Assembly: GCA_039028615.1 (NCBI GenBank)
Contig: JBCCHT010000003.1
Coordinates: 320,001-384,000 of the forward strand
Direction of reading: 5' to 3'
DNA length: 64,000 nt
Source of the DNA: Myxococcota bacterium
GTDB lineage: Bacteria; Myxococcota_A; Polyangia; Nannocystales; Nannocystaceae
Positions 8,776-18,629 of this stretch are shown here, piece after piece. The notes below the pieces were generated by a model that ran no database searches, was not told where the DNA came from, and saw only the letters and a list, made by a program, of their open reading frames with translations. The translations under genes and the position numbers were made by a program. The number at the start of each line of letters is the position of its first letter. Positions within the stretch are counted from its first letter, which is position 1.

Positions 8776-10284
8776 ATGATGGGGCCGTGCACGAGCTTGG
8801 GCTTGGCCTTGGTCGTGCTCGGCCTCGCGCCCGATGGGGCGCCGATCGAACTCGATGAGGTCGAGGCGGTCGGAGAGATTGAGCTCGACGAGGTCGAGGC
8901 GGTCGAACCCGCCGCAGAGATCGAACTCGACGAGGTCGAGACGGCGGAGCCGCCCGGGGACGTCGATGACGTGGCGCCCGTCGAGGTGGCCGGGTCTGTC
9001 GAGGAGGTCGACGACTCGGCGAGTTCGGGCGACCCCGAACCGTCGGGTGACAGCGCCACACCGACCTCCAGCGATTCCCCGTCGGCTCTCGAGCGCTTGA
9101 AGACGCTGACGAAGCACGTCCGTCCGGGTGGCTTCATTCAAGTCGATTTCCTCCACCGCCAGATCTCGGAGGACGAGCTCTCCGATGGCACCCGCGAGCC
9201 GCTGAACGAGACCGGCTTCAGCCTCCGCAACGCTCGCTTCGGTTTCGATGCCGACTGGCGCTACGTCGGCACCACCGCGTACGTCGATCTGTTCTCCGAC
9301 GGAGGCTGGGTCCGCCCGGCGACCGTCGACCTGCACGTCCAGCTCCCGGGCAAGGAGGGCGCGCCGCCGCTCGTGCAGCTGCGCGCGGGCCTGCTGCGGG
9401 TGCCCTTCGGCTTCGAGAACGACAACCAAAACGACGCCCAGCGCTTCTTCGGCGAGCGCACCCTGGTCTCGCACGCCTACATGCCCGGGCTCTTCGACGT
9501 CGGCGCGTCGTTGTCGGGGCAGCTGTGGGCGTTGCGGTGGATCGTGGGCGTGTACAACGGGCAGCCGGTGGGGGCGCCTGGCTTCGGCTACCGCGATCCC
9601 AACGCGGCCAAGGACTTCGCGGGCCGACTGCAGCTGCGAGGCGATGCGTTCCGCTGGCTCGACGCAGCGATCGGCCTGTCCGGGCTGTGGGGCAAGGGCT
9701 TTTCGGCCGGCACCCCCGCGACCAAGGATTCCTTCGACTGGGTCGATCTCAACGAGGACGGCCGCGTGACGCTGGCCGAGATCATCCCGGTGACCGGCTC
9801 CGCGGGGCGGCCCTCGGAGAACTTCTCCCGCTGGGGGCTGGGCGCCGACGTACAGCTGCGCAGCCAGATCCCCCGCATCGGTCAGCTCATGCTCTACGCC
9901 GAGGTCGCCGCGGGTCACAATCTCGACCGCGGCGTGGCCATTGCCGACCCCGTGCTCCTGCGTCGGGACCAGCGGGGCATCGGCGGCTACGTGGGGCTCA
10001 CCCAGCAGCTCACGCGACACGCCACGATCGGGGTTCGGTACGACGAATATCTGCCCGATCTCGACACCCTGGAGCCCTACGAAGGCACGGTGGTGATCAC
10101 CCGGCGACGGTTTCAGACGGTCACGGCCGGCGTGGCGGCGCACCTTCAGCAAGGGGAGGCCATGGCGACCCGGCTGCTGCTCGAGTACGCCCACCAGCGC
10201 AATTCCCTGGGTCGCGATGCCGCCGGGCGACCGGCTCAGCTCGACAACGACACGCTGCGCGTACGGGCCGAGGTGGTGTTCTGA
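8776..10284 (+). CDS. Outer-membrane porin (OprO/OprP-like beta-barrel)
   Basis: GGFIQVD, FSLRNARFG, GLLRVPFGFE, DVGA, GVYNG, D.N..KDFAGR; C-terminal Phe (AEVVF). Confidence 0.7.
   Translation: MMGPCTSLGLALVVLGLAPDGAPIELDEVEAVGEIELDEVEAVEPAAEIELDEVETAEPPGDVDDVAPVEVAGSVEEVDDSASSGDPEPSGDSATPTSSDSPSALERLKTLTKHVRPGGFIQVDFLHRQISEDELSDGTREPLNETGFSLRNARFGFDADWRYVGTTAYVDLFSDGGWVRPATVDLHVQLPGKEGAPPLVQLRAGLLRVPFGFENDNQNDAQRFFGERTLVSHAYMPGLFDVGASLSGQLWALRWIVGVYNGQPVGAPGFGYRDPNAAKDFAGRLQLRGDAFRWLDAAIGLSGLWGKGFSAGTPATKDSFDWVDLNEDGRVTLAEIIPVTGSAGRPSENFSRWGLGADVQLRSQIPRIGQLMLYAEVAAGHNLDRGVAIADPVLLRRDQRGIGGYVGLTQQLTRHATIGVRYDEYLPDLDTLEPYEGTVVITRRRFQTVTAGVAAHLQQGEAMATRLLLEYAHQRNSLGRDAAGRPAQLDNDTLRVRAEVVF
8845..8949 (+). 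repeat. Three intragenic repeats encoding IELDEVE(A/T)
   Basis: atcgaactcgatgaggtcgag at 8845, attgagctcgacgaggtcgag at 8878, atcgaactcgacgaggtcgag at 8920. Confidence 0.85.
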
Positions 10285-11198
10285 TGGTGGGGTGGTCCCA
10301 GTGGGCGACCACGGGTTTGGCCGTGTTCGTGCTCGGGTCGCTCGGGGGATGCGAGCCCGCGCCCTCTCTCTTCGGCCCGGGGCTCGATCTCCAGGTTCGC
10401 GTCGCGGGGGCGCAGCTTCAGCAGGGCCCGCTCGCGCCCGACCAAGGCGGACCCACGGTGAGCCAGGTGCTGCGCCCGCAGCCCACCGTGCACCGCGGGG
10501 AGGCGGCGGTCGAGCTGGACGGCCGTCTCGGAGCGGGGGGCGTGGCGCTGCACATGCAAGCCGTCGGCGACGACGACCACTGGATCGCCGCACCCAAGGG
10601 CTTCGATTTCGTCATCGCCGATGAGCTGCTGTGGGACGCGCAGCTCGAGTTCTCCCACGCCATCATCCGCGATCGCATCAGGCTGCGGTTGCAGGCGACC
10701 GACGCGAGCGGCCGGGCGGGCCCGGTGCGGGAGGTCGAGTTCGGCGTATCGCCCGAGGTGCCGCCGTCGGCTCAGCTGGTCTCGCTGGGTTGGGATGGCC
10801 CCGTGGACCTCGATCTGCACGTCGAGCTGCCCGACGGCACCATCGTGGGGGCCAAGAATACGAGCAGCTACGAGCCGCCCGCGGGCCAGGCCCCCGATCC
10901 CGACGCGTGGATGGAAGGGGCCTACCACGACTTCGATTCGAACCAGCAGTGTCGCCTCGACCTGCGCAATCGAGAAAATGTGGTGTGGCCCATGCCGCCC
11001 GCGCCCGGGACCTACCGGGTCTATGCCCAGCTCTTTTCGCCCTGTGATCGAGCCGCGGTGAACTTCCAGGCGATGGTGCAGCAGGCCGACGAGGTGCTCG
11101 ACGTGGTGGGCGGCACGCTGCATGCCTTCGACTCGCGTGTGCATCCCCGAGACGACGAGGCGCCCGGCCTGCTGGTGCTCGAGTTCGAGGTCGAGTGA
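10284..11198 (+). CDS. Lipoprotein with YfaP/DUF2135-like C-terminal domain
   Basis: ATG overlaps the porin stop (TGATG); LGGC lipobox; VSLGWDGPVDLDLHV, ENVVW, PGTYRVY. Confidence 0.7.
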   Translation: MVGWSQWATTGLAVFVLGSLGGCEPAPSLFGPGLDLQVRVAGAQLQQGPLAPDQGGPTVSQVLRPQPTVHRGEAAVELDGRLGAGGVALHMQAVGDDDHWIAAPKGFDFVIADELLWDAQLEFSHAIIRDRIRLRLQATDASGRAGPVREVEFGVSPEVPPSAQLVSLGWDGPVDLDLHVELPDGTIVGAKNTSSYEPPAGQAPDPDAWMEGAYHDFDSNQQCRLDLRNRENVVWPMPPAPGTYRVYAQLFSPCDRAAVNFQAMVQQADEVLDVVGGTLHAFDSRVHPRDDEAPGLLVLEFEVE

Positions 11199-11980
11199 GG
11201 TTCGCGCTGCTACTGGCCTCGGTGGGGGCGCATGTGCTGGTGGTCGCGGTTTCGCCTCGCGGGCAGCCGCATGCCGACGATAACGACGAGCGCGAGGCCG
11301 AGCTGCGACCGGTGGAATTGCTCGACGCGTTACCGCCGACGATGGCGGTCGAGCCGGAGCCCGAACTCGAACCCGAGCCCGAACTCGTCCCCGAGCCGGA
11401 GCCCGCTCCCGAGCCCATCGCCGAGCCGCCGCCCGAGCCCGCCGCACCGCCTCCGAGTCCACCGCGCCCGCCTCTTCGCGCCCGACCCACGCCCCCCAAA
11501 CCGGCGGCGGCTCCGGCCGAAGCCTCCGGTTCGGTGCCGGTCGCCGATGCCGAGTCCGCGAGCCCGGCCGAGCCTGCGGCGCCGCCCGAGCCCCGGGCCC
11601 TCGATCTCACCCTGTCCAACGACGGCGAGGGCCAAGGAGGCACGGGTCGTGGTCGAGGGCGCCGCCCCGCTCCCGCCTCGACCCCGGCGACCCCGCGCTG
11701 CCGAGAGCCTCGCAGTAAGCCGCGGCCCCGCACCAAGAAACCGGTCAAGTACACCCGCGAAGCCCGAGCCGCCGGCCTCGAAGGCCGACTCATCTTGCGC
11801 GCGTCCGTCGATCGCCGCGGGACGGTGACCGGAGTCGAGGTCGTGCAGTCGGTGGGCCCGTTGGTCGACGAGCCGGGCGTCGCGGCCATGAAGCAGTGGA
11901 CCTTCGAGCCGGCGACCGCCTGCGGAGATGCAGTCGCCAGCCACTACACCATCGCTCGCGACTTCGCGCTGGGGGACTGA
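11195..11980 (+). CDS. tonB: TonB energy transducer
   Basis: N-terminal TM with SxxxH (SVGAH), EPEP Pro-rich linker, C-terminal YTREARAAGLEG...VDRRGTV...WTFEPA. Confidence 0.85.
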   Translation: MRFALLLASVGAHVLVVAVSPRGQPHADDNDEREAELRPVELLDALPPTMAVEPEPELEPEPELVPEPEPAPEPIAEPPPEPAAPPPSPPRPPLRARPTPPKPAAAPAEASGSVPVADAESASPAEPAAPPEPRALDLTLSNDGEGQGGTGRGRGRRPAPASTPATPRCREPRSKPRPRTKKPVKYTREARAAGLEGRLILRASVDRRGTVTGVEVVQSVGPLVDEPGVAAMKQWTFEPATACGDAVASHYTIARDFALGD

Positions 11981-11983
11981 GGC

Positions 11984-14428
11984 GTGTCGTCGTTGCTCGC
12001 GGCCTGGATCGTGACCCGAGCGCTCGCGCCCACCGTGGTCGAGGAGCCCGCCCCGGCGGAGCCCGTGGTGGCCGAGCCCGTGGTGGTCGAGCCCCTGGCT
12101 GCGGCACCCGAGCCGTTGCCCGTCGTCGCGCCGCGATTGATCACGTTCGTGCAAGCCTCGCGTCCGCCCGACTCGGGAACGCAGTCGGTAGCGGTGTTGG
12201 TCTCGCTGGACATCGACGCGCAGGGGCGGGTGCAGGCGGTGGAACTCGTCGAGTCGGGAGGGGATGCCTTCGACGCGGCTGCGATCGCGGCGGTGCGCCA
12301 GTTCGAGTTCGAGCCCGCGCGTGAAGGGAACACGCCCATCGCGGTGCAGATTCGCTATCGCTACGTCTTCGACGAACTCGTACCGCCGGTCGAGCCCGAG
12401 CTTCCCGCCGAACCCGAGCCCCTGACCATCGATGACGCCGAGGTCGTGCGTGGCCCTCGAATCGACGCGCAGCCGGCCCAGCTCGAGCTTGCCGCGGCCG
12501 AGGCCGAGCGGCTCGCGGGGGTCCAGGGCGATGCCATCAAGGCGGCGCAGACCCTGGGGGGCGTGGGGCGCCCCGCCGCCGGGCAGCAGGGGCTGGTGAT
12601 CTGGGGCATGTCCCCGACAGATACTCGGACCTACGTCGACGAAATCCCCATGCCGCGCGCGTTTCACCTGGGCGGGACGCGATCGATCTTGCCGTCGCCC
12701 ATGGTCGACTCGGTGGTGCTGGTGCCCGGCGGCTACGGCCCGGCCTACGGGCGCTCGCTCGGCGGTTATCTCGACATACGCACCCGGGCCCCGCGCTCGG
12801 AGGACGACCCGCATCGGACGGGAGGTTACGCGCGACTCGACACCATCGATGCCTCGTTGGGCGTCGACACCCGCGTGGCCGAGCGAGGCGCGGTGAGCCT
12901 CGGCGTTCGGCGCAGCATCGCGCGGCAGACCTACGGCGCCCTCATCCCCGATTCCTCCGTGCCGCTCGTGCCCTTGCCCGACTCGTGGGACTACCAGACC
13001 AAGAGCGTGGTGCAGGTCTCGTCGCGCGACGAGATCGAGATCCTCGGCTTCGGCGCCCACGACCGCGTGTCGCGGGGCATTCCCAGCCTCACGCCCGACA
13101 CCCGCTTCTCCGAGCGCCGTCAGGCCGGGTTTCATCGCCTCGCGCTGCGGGTCCATCGTCAGCACGACTCGGGGCGCAGCGTCGTGTTCACCGGCTGGGC
13201 GGGCCTCGACGATGACCAGTGGTCGCAGCAGTTCGACCAGGTCCAAGCCGACTCGAGCGCTCGCGCGTGGCGAGGGGGGCTGCGCCTGCGGGAGCATCGG
13301 CGGCTCGCGTCGTTTCTCGTGCTGCGCTGGGGGATCGATCTCGAGGTCGACCACACCGTCTCGGCGCGTTCGGGGGCGGTCACGCTGCCTCCGCACGAGG
13401 GCGACCTGCAGGTCTTCGGGCAGCCGCCGGGCGATCGGGTGGGGGACGACACCTGGACCACGATCCGAGCCGGGCTGGGGACCTACTCGTCTCTGCGCTT
13501 CGAGCTATGGAGCGACCGCCTGACCCTCGAGCCCGGCCTGCGCCTCGAGCCGATGGTGGTGGCCGGCGATCGCATCATGCCCGTGCGCCCCATCGAGCCG
13601 GAGATCGGGTTCACCGAGGTCGACGTCGCGGTCGATCCTCGACTCGAGCTGGGCATCGCCCCCGCCAAGGGATGGTCGCTGCGAGCCGCGGGAGGTCGCT
13701 ATCGTCGCGCTCCCGATCCCGCCAACCTCTCGCCCATCTTCGGCAACCCTCGGCTCGCTCCGGCCCAGGCCCTTCACGCCATCGTCGGGGTGGAGGGGCA
13801 GGTCACGCCGTGGCTCGAGCTGGTGCTCACCGGGGTGTGGCTCCGTGCCTACGACCTGTCGGCGCGGGCGAACGAACCCACGCCGCCCGTGGCTCAGGCG
13901 TTGGTATCCGCAGGCGACGGGCGTAGCTACGGGGGACAAGCGACGGCGCGCATCGAGCCCACCGCCGCCGTGTTCACCTGGTTGACCTACGCGTGGAGCC
14001 GGGCGGAGCGTCGTGATCCGGGCAGTACGGGGTGGCGACCCTTCGATTTCGATCAGACCCATGTGGCCCAGGCCCTCGCGGGGTGGCGGCACCGCAGCGG
14101 GGTGGAGCTCGGCGGTCGGGTCTCGCTCGCCTCCGGCAACCCGCGGACCCCGGTCGTGGGCATCGTCGCCAATGCTCGCCACGGCGGCTTCGACCCGATC
14201 TTCGGTGAGCAGGGCTCCGAGCGCCTGCCGCTTTACTTCGCGGCCTCCGGCCGCATCGCCTGGGCGCGCTCCTTTGCTTGGGGGGACCTGAGAACGTGGC
14301 TCGATGTGCAGAACCTGACCTCCCGCCGCAACGCCGAGGAGGTGTTCTACTCGTCGGACTACGGCTCGCGGGGCTACGTGACCGGCTTGCCGATCTTGCC
14401 GTCGCTCGGAATCGAGGTCCGTCGATGA
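11984..14428 (+). CDS. TonB-dependent receptor with fused N-terminal TonB C-terminal domain
   Basis: IDAQGRV...FDAAAIAAVRQFEFEPA TonB domain; plug GDAIKA..TLGGV, FHLGG.RS, PGGYGPAYGRSLGG; GNPRL; DFDQTH; DVQNL; GLPILPSLG. Confidence 0.9.
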   Translation: MSSLLAAWIVTRALAPTVVEEPAPAEPVVAEPVVVEPLAAAPEPLPVVAPRLITFVQASRPPDSGTQSVAVLVSLDIDAQGRVQAVELVESGGDAFDAAAIAAVRQFEFEPAREGNTPIAVQIRYRYVFDELVPPVEPELPAEPEPLTIDDAEVVRGPRIDAQPAQLELAAAEAERLAGVQGDAIKAAQTLGGVGRPAAGQQGLVIWGMSPTDTRTYVDEIPMPRAFHLGGTRSILPSPMVDSVVLVPGGYGPAYGRSLGGYLDIRTRAPRSEDDPHRTGGYARLDTIDASLGVDTRVAERGAVSLGVRRSIARQTYGALIPDSSVPLVPLPDSWDYQTKSVVQVSSRDEIEILGFGAHDRVSRGIPSLTPDTRFSERRQAGFHRLALRVHRQHDSGRSVVFTGWAGLDDDQWSQQFDQVQADSSARAWRGGLRLREHRRLASFLVLRWGIDLEVDHTVSARSGAVTLPPHEGDLQVFGQPPGDRVGDDTWTTIRAGLGTYSSLRFELWSDRLTLEPGLRLEPMVVAGDRIMPVRPIEPEIGFTEVDVAVDPRLELGIAPAKGWSLRAAGGRYRRAPDPANLSPIFGNPRLAPAQALHAIVGVEGQVTPWLELVLTGVWLRAYDLSARANEPTPPVAQALVSAGDGRSYGGQATARIEPTAAVFTWLTYAWSRAERRDPGSTGWRPFDFDQTHVAQALAGWRHRSGVELGGRVSLASGNPRTPVVGIVANARHGGFDPIFGEQGSERLPLYFAASGRIAWARSFAWGDLRTWLDVQNLTSRRNAEEVFYSSDYGSRGYVTGLPILPSLGIEVRR

Positions 14429-15315
14429 GCCGCTCGCTCTCGTGCCTGCCGCTGGCCCTCGGCCTGGCGATGGGCTGCGCCCCGACCTTCGAGGATCGAC
14501 CCTGGCGGGTGGACGAAGCACGTGTACTGGCCGTCGCCGCCACTCCGGCCGAGGCTCGCCCCGGCGAAGGGGTCACGCTGACCGCGTTGGTGGCCGATCC
14601 CGACGGCGAGGTGCCCCTCGCTCCGCAATGGACGGTCTGCACGCAGCCGCGCAGCATCGACGAGCGGACGGGTGTCAGCCGCGAGTGTGCGCTGGGCACG
14701 GCGCTCATGCCCGTCGGCAATCCGGCCTTCATCCCCGGCGGTGCCTGTGCGCTCTTCGGCCCCAATCCCCCGCCCGTAGTCGGTGACGAGCCGCCGCGGC
14801 GCCCCGCCGACCCCGATCCCAGCGGCGGCTACTTCCTTCCGGTCGGCGTGGGCGTGTCGAGCCTCGAGCTCCAGGGCTTCGGCTTCGTGCGCCTGCGCTG
14901 CGACCTGGCGGGAGCGACCCGAGCCGTCTTCGACGACTGGGAGCAGCGCTATGCATCGAACCTCGAGCCCAGCGTCGAAGGGGTGTCGCTCCTCGACGTC
15001 GGCGGCACGTCGGTCGGCCCCGGTGAGACCGTGACGCTCGAGGCCGTCATCGATCCGAGCGCCGCCGAGCCCTATGTCGTCTACGACGCCAGCCTGGGCG
15101 CCATTGTCGATCGCCGCGAGGTCCTCACCGTGCACTGGTACGTGACCGACGGGGAGCTCGATCGCGGTCGACAGACCTGGGACGGCGACGACGCTTCCCC
15201 GCCCGCGGTGCAGTGGCGAGCGCCCGAGACCGAGGCCTCCGTGGCGGGCTGGGTGGTCGTGGTCGACGACCGCGGCGGCACGAGCTGGGCGAGCTTCGCC
15301 GTCGAAGTCCGCTGA
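14425..15315 (+). CDS. TBDR-associated lipoprotein
   Basis: ATGA overlap; AMGC lipobox; RVLAVAATPAEARPGE, WYVTDG, VDDRGGTSW. Confidence 0.75.
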   Translation: MSRSLSCLPLALGLAMGCAPTFEDRPWRVDEARVLAVAATPAEARPGEGVTLTALVADPDGEVPLAPQWTVCTQPRSIDERTGVSRECALGTALMPVGNPAFIPGGACALFGPNPPPVVGDEPPRRPADPDPSGGYFLPVGVGVSSLELQGFGFVRLRCDLAGATRAVFDDWEQRYASNLEPSVEGVSLLDVGGTSVGPGETVTLEAVIDPSAAEPYVVYDASLGAIVDRREVLTVHWYVTDGELDRGRQTWDGDDASPPAVQWRAPETEASVAGWVVVVDDRGGTSWASFAVEVR

Positions 15316-15337
15316 GCGGCTGTCGCTCGTGCGCGTC

Positions 15338-16072
15338 TCAGCTCTCGGGCGGCACGAACTTGTACCCGGCCCCGCGCACGGAGACGAAGTAGCGGGGCTT
15401 TTTCGAGTCGGCTTCGAAGTGCCGGCGCAGCCGCATGATGAAGTTGTCGACCATGCGGCGGTTCGGGTAGTTCTGGAGCTTCCAGACCTTCTCTTGCAGC
15501 TCGACCCGGCTGAGCACGCGCCCGGGGTTCTCGGCGAAGTAGCGCAGCAGGTCGAGCTCGAGCTTGGTGAGCTGGACCTCCTTGCCGTCGACGTCGACCT
15601 TGTGGGTGTCGAAGTCGATCGTGGCATTGCCCAAGACGAGCGGGCCGGCCTCGGCCTCGCCGTTCTTGCCCTGCTCCCACGACCGTCGGCGCAGCAGCGA
15701 GCGCACGCGGGCGAGCAGCTCGGACAGCTCGAAGGGCTTGGTGACGTAGTCGTCCGCGCCCACGTTGAGGCCCTCGACGCGATCGTCGACCGAGTCCCGG
15801 GCGGTGAGCATCAGGACGGGGGTGAGGTCTCCGGCGTCGCGCAGCTTCTGGCACAGGGTGAAGCCGTTCACGTCGGGCAGCATGACGTCGAGGATGATCG
15901 CGCCGTAGCGCCCCGCGGCGAGCATCTTGTTGGCCGCTTCGCGGCCAGAGCTGGCGATGTCCACCGAGTAGCCTTCGAGCTCGAGGTTGAGCTTGATGCC
16001 GGCCGCGAGGTGCTGCTCGTCCTCGACCAGCAGCAAGCGGATGGTGGGGGCCGCGGGAGTCATCTTGCTCAT
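15338..16072 (-). CDS. OmpR/PhoB-family response regulator
   Basis: LLVEDE, ILDVMLP, MLTA, GADDYVTKPF, winged helix LTKLELDLL...VRGAGYKF; start re-chosen at 16072. Confidence 0.95.
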   Translation of the reverse strand: MSKMTPAAPTIRLLLVEDEQHLAAGIKLNLELEGYSVDIASSGREAANKMLAAGRYGAIILDVMLPDVNGFTLCQKLRDAGDLTPVLMLTARDSVDDRVEGLNVGADDYVTKPFELSELLARVRSLLRRRSWEQGKNGEAEAGPLVLGNATIDFDTHKVDVDGKEVQLTKLELDLLRYFAENPGRVLSRVELQEKVWKLQNYPNRRMVDNFIMRLRRHFEADSKKPRYFVSVRGAGYKFVPPES

Positions 16073-17058
16073 GTCGAAGCTGCTTCGTCGGAGTCGATGG
16101 TGGGGAAGCGGGCGCTCTCGCCCTTGCGACGGCCGGAGGCGCGGGTGCGCAGCAAGATCTCCATGCGGGTGCCCTTGCCGACGCCCTCGGAGTGGGCGCG
16201 GAGCCGGCCTCGCAGGCCTCGAACGAGCGCCGCCACCACGAACAGACCCAGGCCCGTGCCCCGACGCTTGCGCACGTCTTCGTCGTCGACGCGGTAGAAG
16301 CGATCGAAGACCCGCTTGAGGGCGTGGCGGGGGATGCCCACGCCGTTGTCGTAGACGTCGATGTGCAGTCCCCCCTTGGCGGAGGGGCTGGCGCGCACGC
16401 CGACCTGACGGGGCGGATCGGAGTACTTGACCGCGTTGTCGAGCAGGTTGCGGACGATCACCTCGAGCGCCACCGGGTCGGTCTCCAGCGAGGTGCCGCT
16501 GGGGATCTCGACCTCGATCGAGCCGGGCTCGAGGTGGTGCCGCTTGCTCACGTGGCTCACGCAGCGCTCGACGAGGGTCTGGAGGTCGACGTCCTCGATG
16601 CGGCGCGCCTCGGCCCCCTGGCCCAGGCGGTTGGACTCGAGGATGTCGTCGATGAAGGCCGACAGCCGGTCGACGTCGTCGAGCATCATGCCGCGCAGCT
16701 GCTCCCGCTGGTCGGTCTGGAGCTCCTGGCGGGCCATGGTCTGGAGGCATAGCCGCAGCGAGGCGAGCGGGCTGCGCAGCTCGTGGGTCACCGAGTCGAT
16801 GAAGGAAGTGTGTCGACGCACCTCGATGATCTCGCGGGCGAGGAACACGGAGAACAGCACCAGCACCGTCATGATGGCGACGAAGCTGACGATGCCCACC
16901 ACCATCAGCCAGGCGTTGCCCTCCCAGTTCTGAGTGAGCACCTGGTTGCGGTAGATCACCAGGATCCAGCCCACCAGCAGGGCGGTGGTGAGGACCACCG
17001 AGATCGAGCTGAGGATGATGGGCCCGGAAATGGACCGGGTGCGGTTGCGTCGGCTCAT
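16069..17058 (-). CDS. Membrane sensor histidine kinase (HisKA + HATPase)
   Basis: Two TMs, VTHELRSPLAS, NLLDNAVKYS, DNGVGI, VFDRFYR, GTGLGL. Confidence 0.95.
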   Translation of the reverse strand: MSRRNRTRSISGPIILSSISVVLTTALLVGWILVIYRNQVLTQNWEGNAWLMVVGIVSFVAIMTVLVLFSVFLAREIIEVRRHTSFIDSVTHELRSPLASLRLCLQTMARQELQTDQREQLRGMMLDDVDRLSAFIDDILESNRLGQGAEARRIEDVDLQTLVERCVSHVSKRHHLEPGSIEVEIPSGTSLETDPVALEVIVRNLLDNAVKYSDPPRQVGVRASPSAKGGLHIDVYDNGVGIPRHALKRVFDRFYRVDDEDVRKRRGTGLGLFVVAALVRGLRGRLRAHSEGVGKGTRMEILLRTRASGRRKGESARFPTIDSDEAAST

Positions 17059-17254
17059 GGCCAGGTCCCCACGGGCGGATTCCCACGGCCCCCTACATGG
17101 GGGCCCCTCGGGCCGGGATGGCGACAAGGCCTCGACACCCCACAGGTTTAGCACCACGGGGCAATCCCCGGCCGCGGGGTGGGTGAAATGCAGGCCGGTC
17201 CGTGGTACTCAAGCTTTTGAGGTTGCCGACAGCGGCCCCTCACAAGGAGCACAC

Positions 17255-17563
17255 ATGGCCTTCGTCGTCACCTCGAACTGCAAAGGATGTCGTTACACGG
17301 ACTGCGTCGCCGTTTGTCCGGTGGAGTGCTTTCACGGTGACAAGGAGATGCTCTACATCGACCCCGACGAGTGCATCGACTGTGGCGCCTGCGTGCCGGA
17401 GTGCCCGGTCGAGGCCATCTTCGACGAGACCGAGCTCCCCGAGGATCAGACCGACTGGATCCAGATCAACGCCGACAAGGCGCCCGATCTGCCCAGCGTG
17501 ACCGAGACCGACACGCCTCTGCCCACGGCAGACGACCGGCGCAAAGAACTCGGCTTCGGTTAG
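17255..17563 (+). CDS. FdxA-type 7Fe ferredoxin
   Basis: AAGGAG RBS; CKGCRYTDCVAVCPVECF and IDPDECIDCGACVPECPVEAI. Confidence 0.93.
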   Translation: MAFVVTSNCKGCRYTDCVAVCPVECFHGDKEMLYIDPDECIDCGACVPECPVEAIFDETELPEDQTDWIQINADKAPDLPSVTETDTPLPTADDRRKELGFG

Positions 17564-17617
17564 CCGGGCTGTTGCGTTTCGCCCCATCACGAGAGCACCG
17601 CGGGGTTGCACTCGTGT

Positions 17618-17645
17618 GGTCGAGGCTTCGATCGGAGCCTCGACC
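17618..17645. terminator. GC-rich hairpin downstream of the ferredoxin gene
   Basis: GGTCGAGGCT / AGCCTCGACC perfect 10-bp inverted repeat; no U tract. Confidence 0.45.
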
Positions 17646-17744
17646 CTGAAATTCTGTTCAAGACCACCCGGTCGACGTCGCATTCGGAGCTGAAGCGGCG
17701 CGATCGGGCGTGAGCTGTGGACGAGACTCTGGTAGGTCTCGGGC

Positions 17745-18554
17745 ATGGACGAGACGCTCAAGGAGCTCACCCCGACTCTGCTGGACTACGGCGTACGCAT
17801 CATCGGCGTACTCGTAGCGTTGTGGTTGGCCTTCCGTATTGCACGGTGGGCGGAGAAGCGAGTCGTCTCGGTCCTCAAAGCGCGCAGCTTCGATGAAGCG
17901 CTGACCCTCTTCTTCGGCAGCCTCACGCGCTGGCTGCTCATCGTCGCCGCGCTCATCGCCTGCCTCGGCGTCTTCGGCATCCAGACCACGAGCTTCGCGG
18001 CCATCTTGGGTGGCGCGACCTTGGCCGTCGGTCTCGCCTTCCAGGGCACGCTGTCGAACTTTGCGGCCGGAGTCATGCTGCTGACCTTCCGTCCCTTCAA
18101 GATCGGCGACTTCGTCGACATCTCCAGCCAGCAGGGCCACGTCGCCGAGATCGGCTTGTTCACGACCGCGCTCGATACTCTGGACAACCGCCGGATCATC
18201 ATCCCCAATAGCGGGATCATCGGCACCACCATCCAGAACTGGACGCACAACGACAAGCGCCGCGTGGACATCGATGTGGGCGTCTCCTACGAGGCCGACC
18301 TCGACAAGGTCCGCGAGGTGCTCGACGCCGCCGGAGCCAGCGTGCCGGGCCGCGATCCCGAAGCGGGCCACGAGATCATCCTGCTGGGGCTCGGCGCCAG
18401 CTCCGTCGACTGGCAGGTCCGCGTCTGGTGCGACCCCGCCGACTACTGGGCGGTGTGGGATCAGACGATCCGCTCGGCCAAGCAGCACCTGGACAACGCC
18501 GGCATCTCCATCCCGTTCCCGCAGATGGACGTGCACATGGACAAGTCGGCCTGA
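17745..18554 (+). CDS. mscS: Small-conductance mechanosensitive channel
   Basis: GIQTTSFAAILGGATLAVGLAFQGTLSNFAAG, RPFKIGD, IIIPNS, RRVD..VGVSY, GISIPFPQ. Confidence 0.93.
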   Translation: MDETLKELTPTLLDYGVRIIGVLVALWLAFRIARWAEKRVVSVLKARSFDEALTLFFGSLTRWLLIVAALIACLGVFGIQTTSFAAILGGATLAVGLAFQGTLSNFAAGVMLLTFRPFKIGDFVDISSQQGHVAEIGLFTTALDTLDNRRIIIPNSGIIGTTIQNWTHNDKRRVDIDVGVSYEADLDKVREVLDAAGASVPGRDPEAGHEIILLGLGASSVDWQVRVWCDPADYWAVWDQTIRSAKQHLDNAGISIPFPQMDVHMDKSA

Positions 18555-18629
18555 CCCGCGACGTTCGGTCGGTAAAAACGGACGCCCTGTCATGCTTGCA
18601 TGGCAGGGCTTCGCTACGCTTGGCGGGTC

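Noticed and set aside
7030..10593. 1187-aa minus-strand ORF and similar long ORFs (44845-47313, 61553-63586, 17658-19886)
   Set aside because: These are antisense shadows of well-supported genes, expected in high-GC DNA, with no recognisable motifs.
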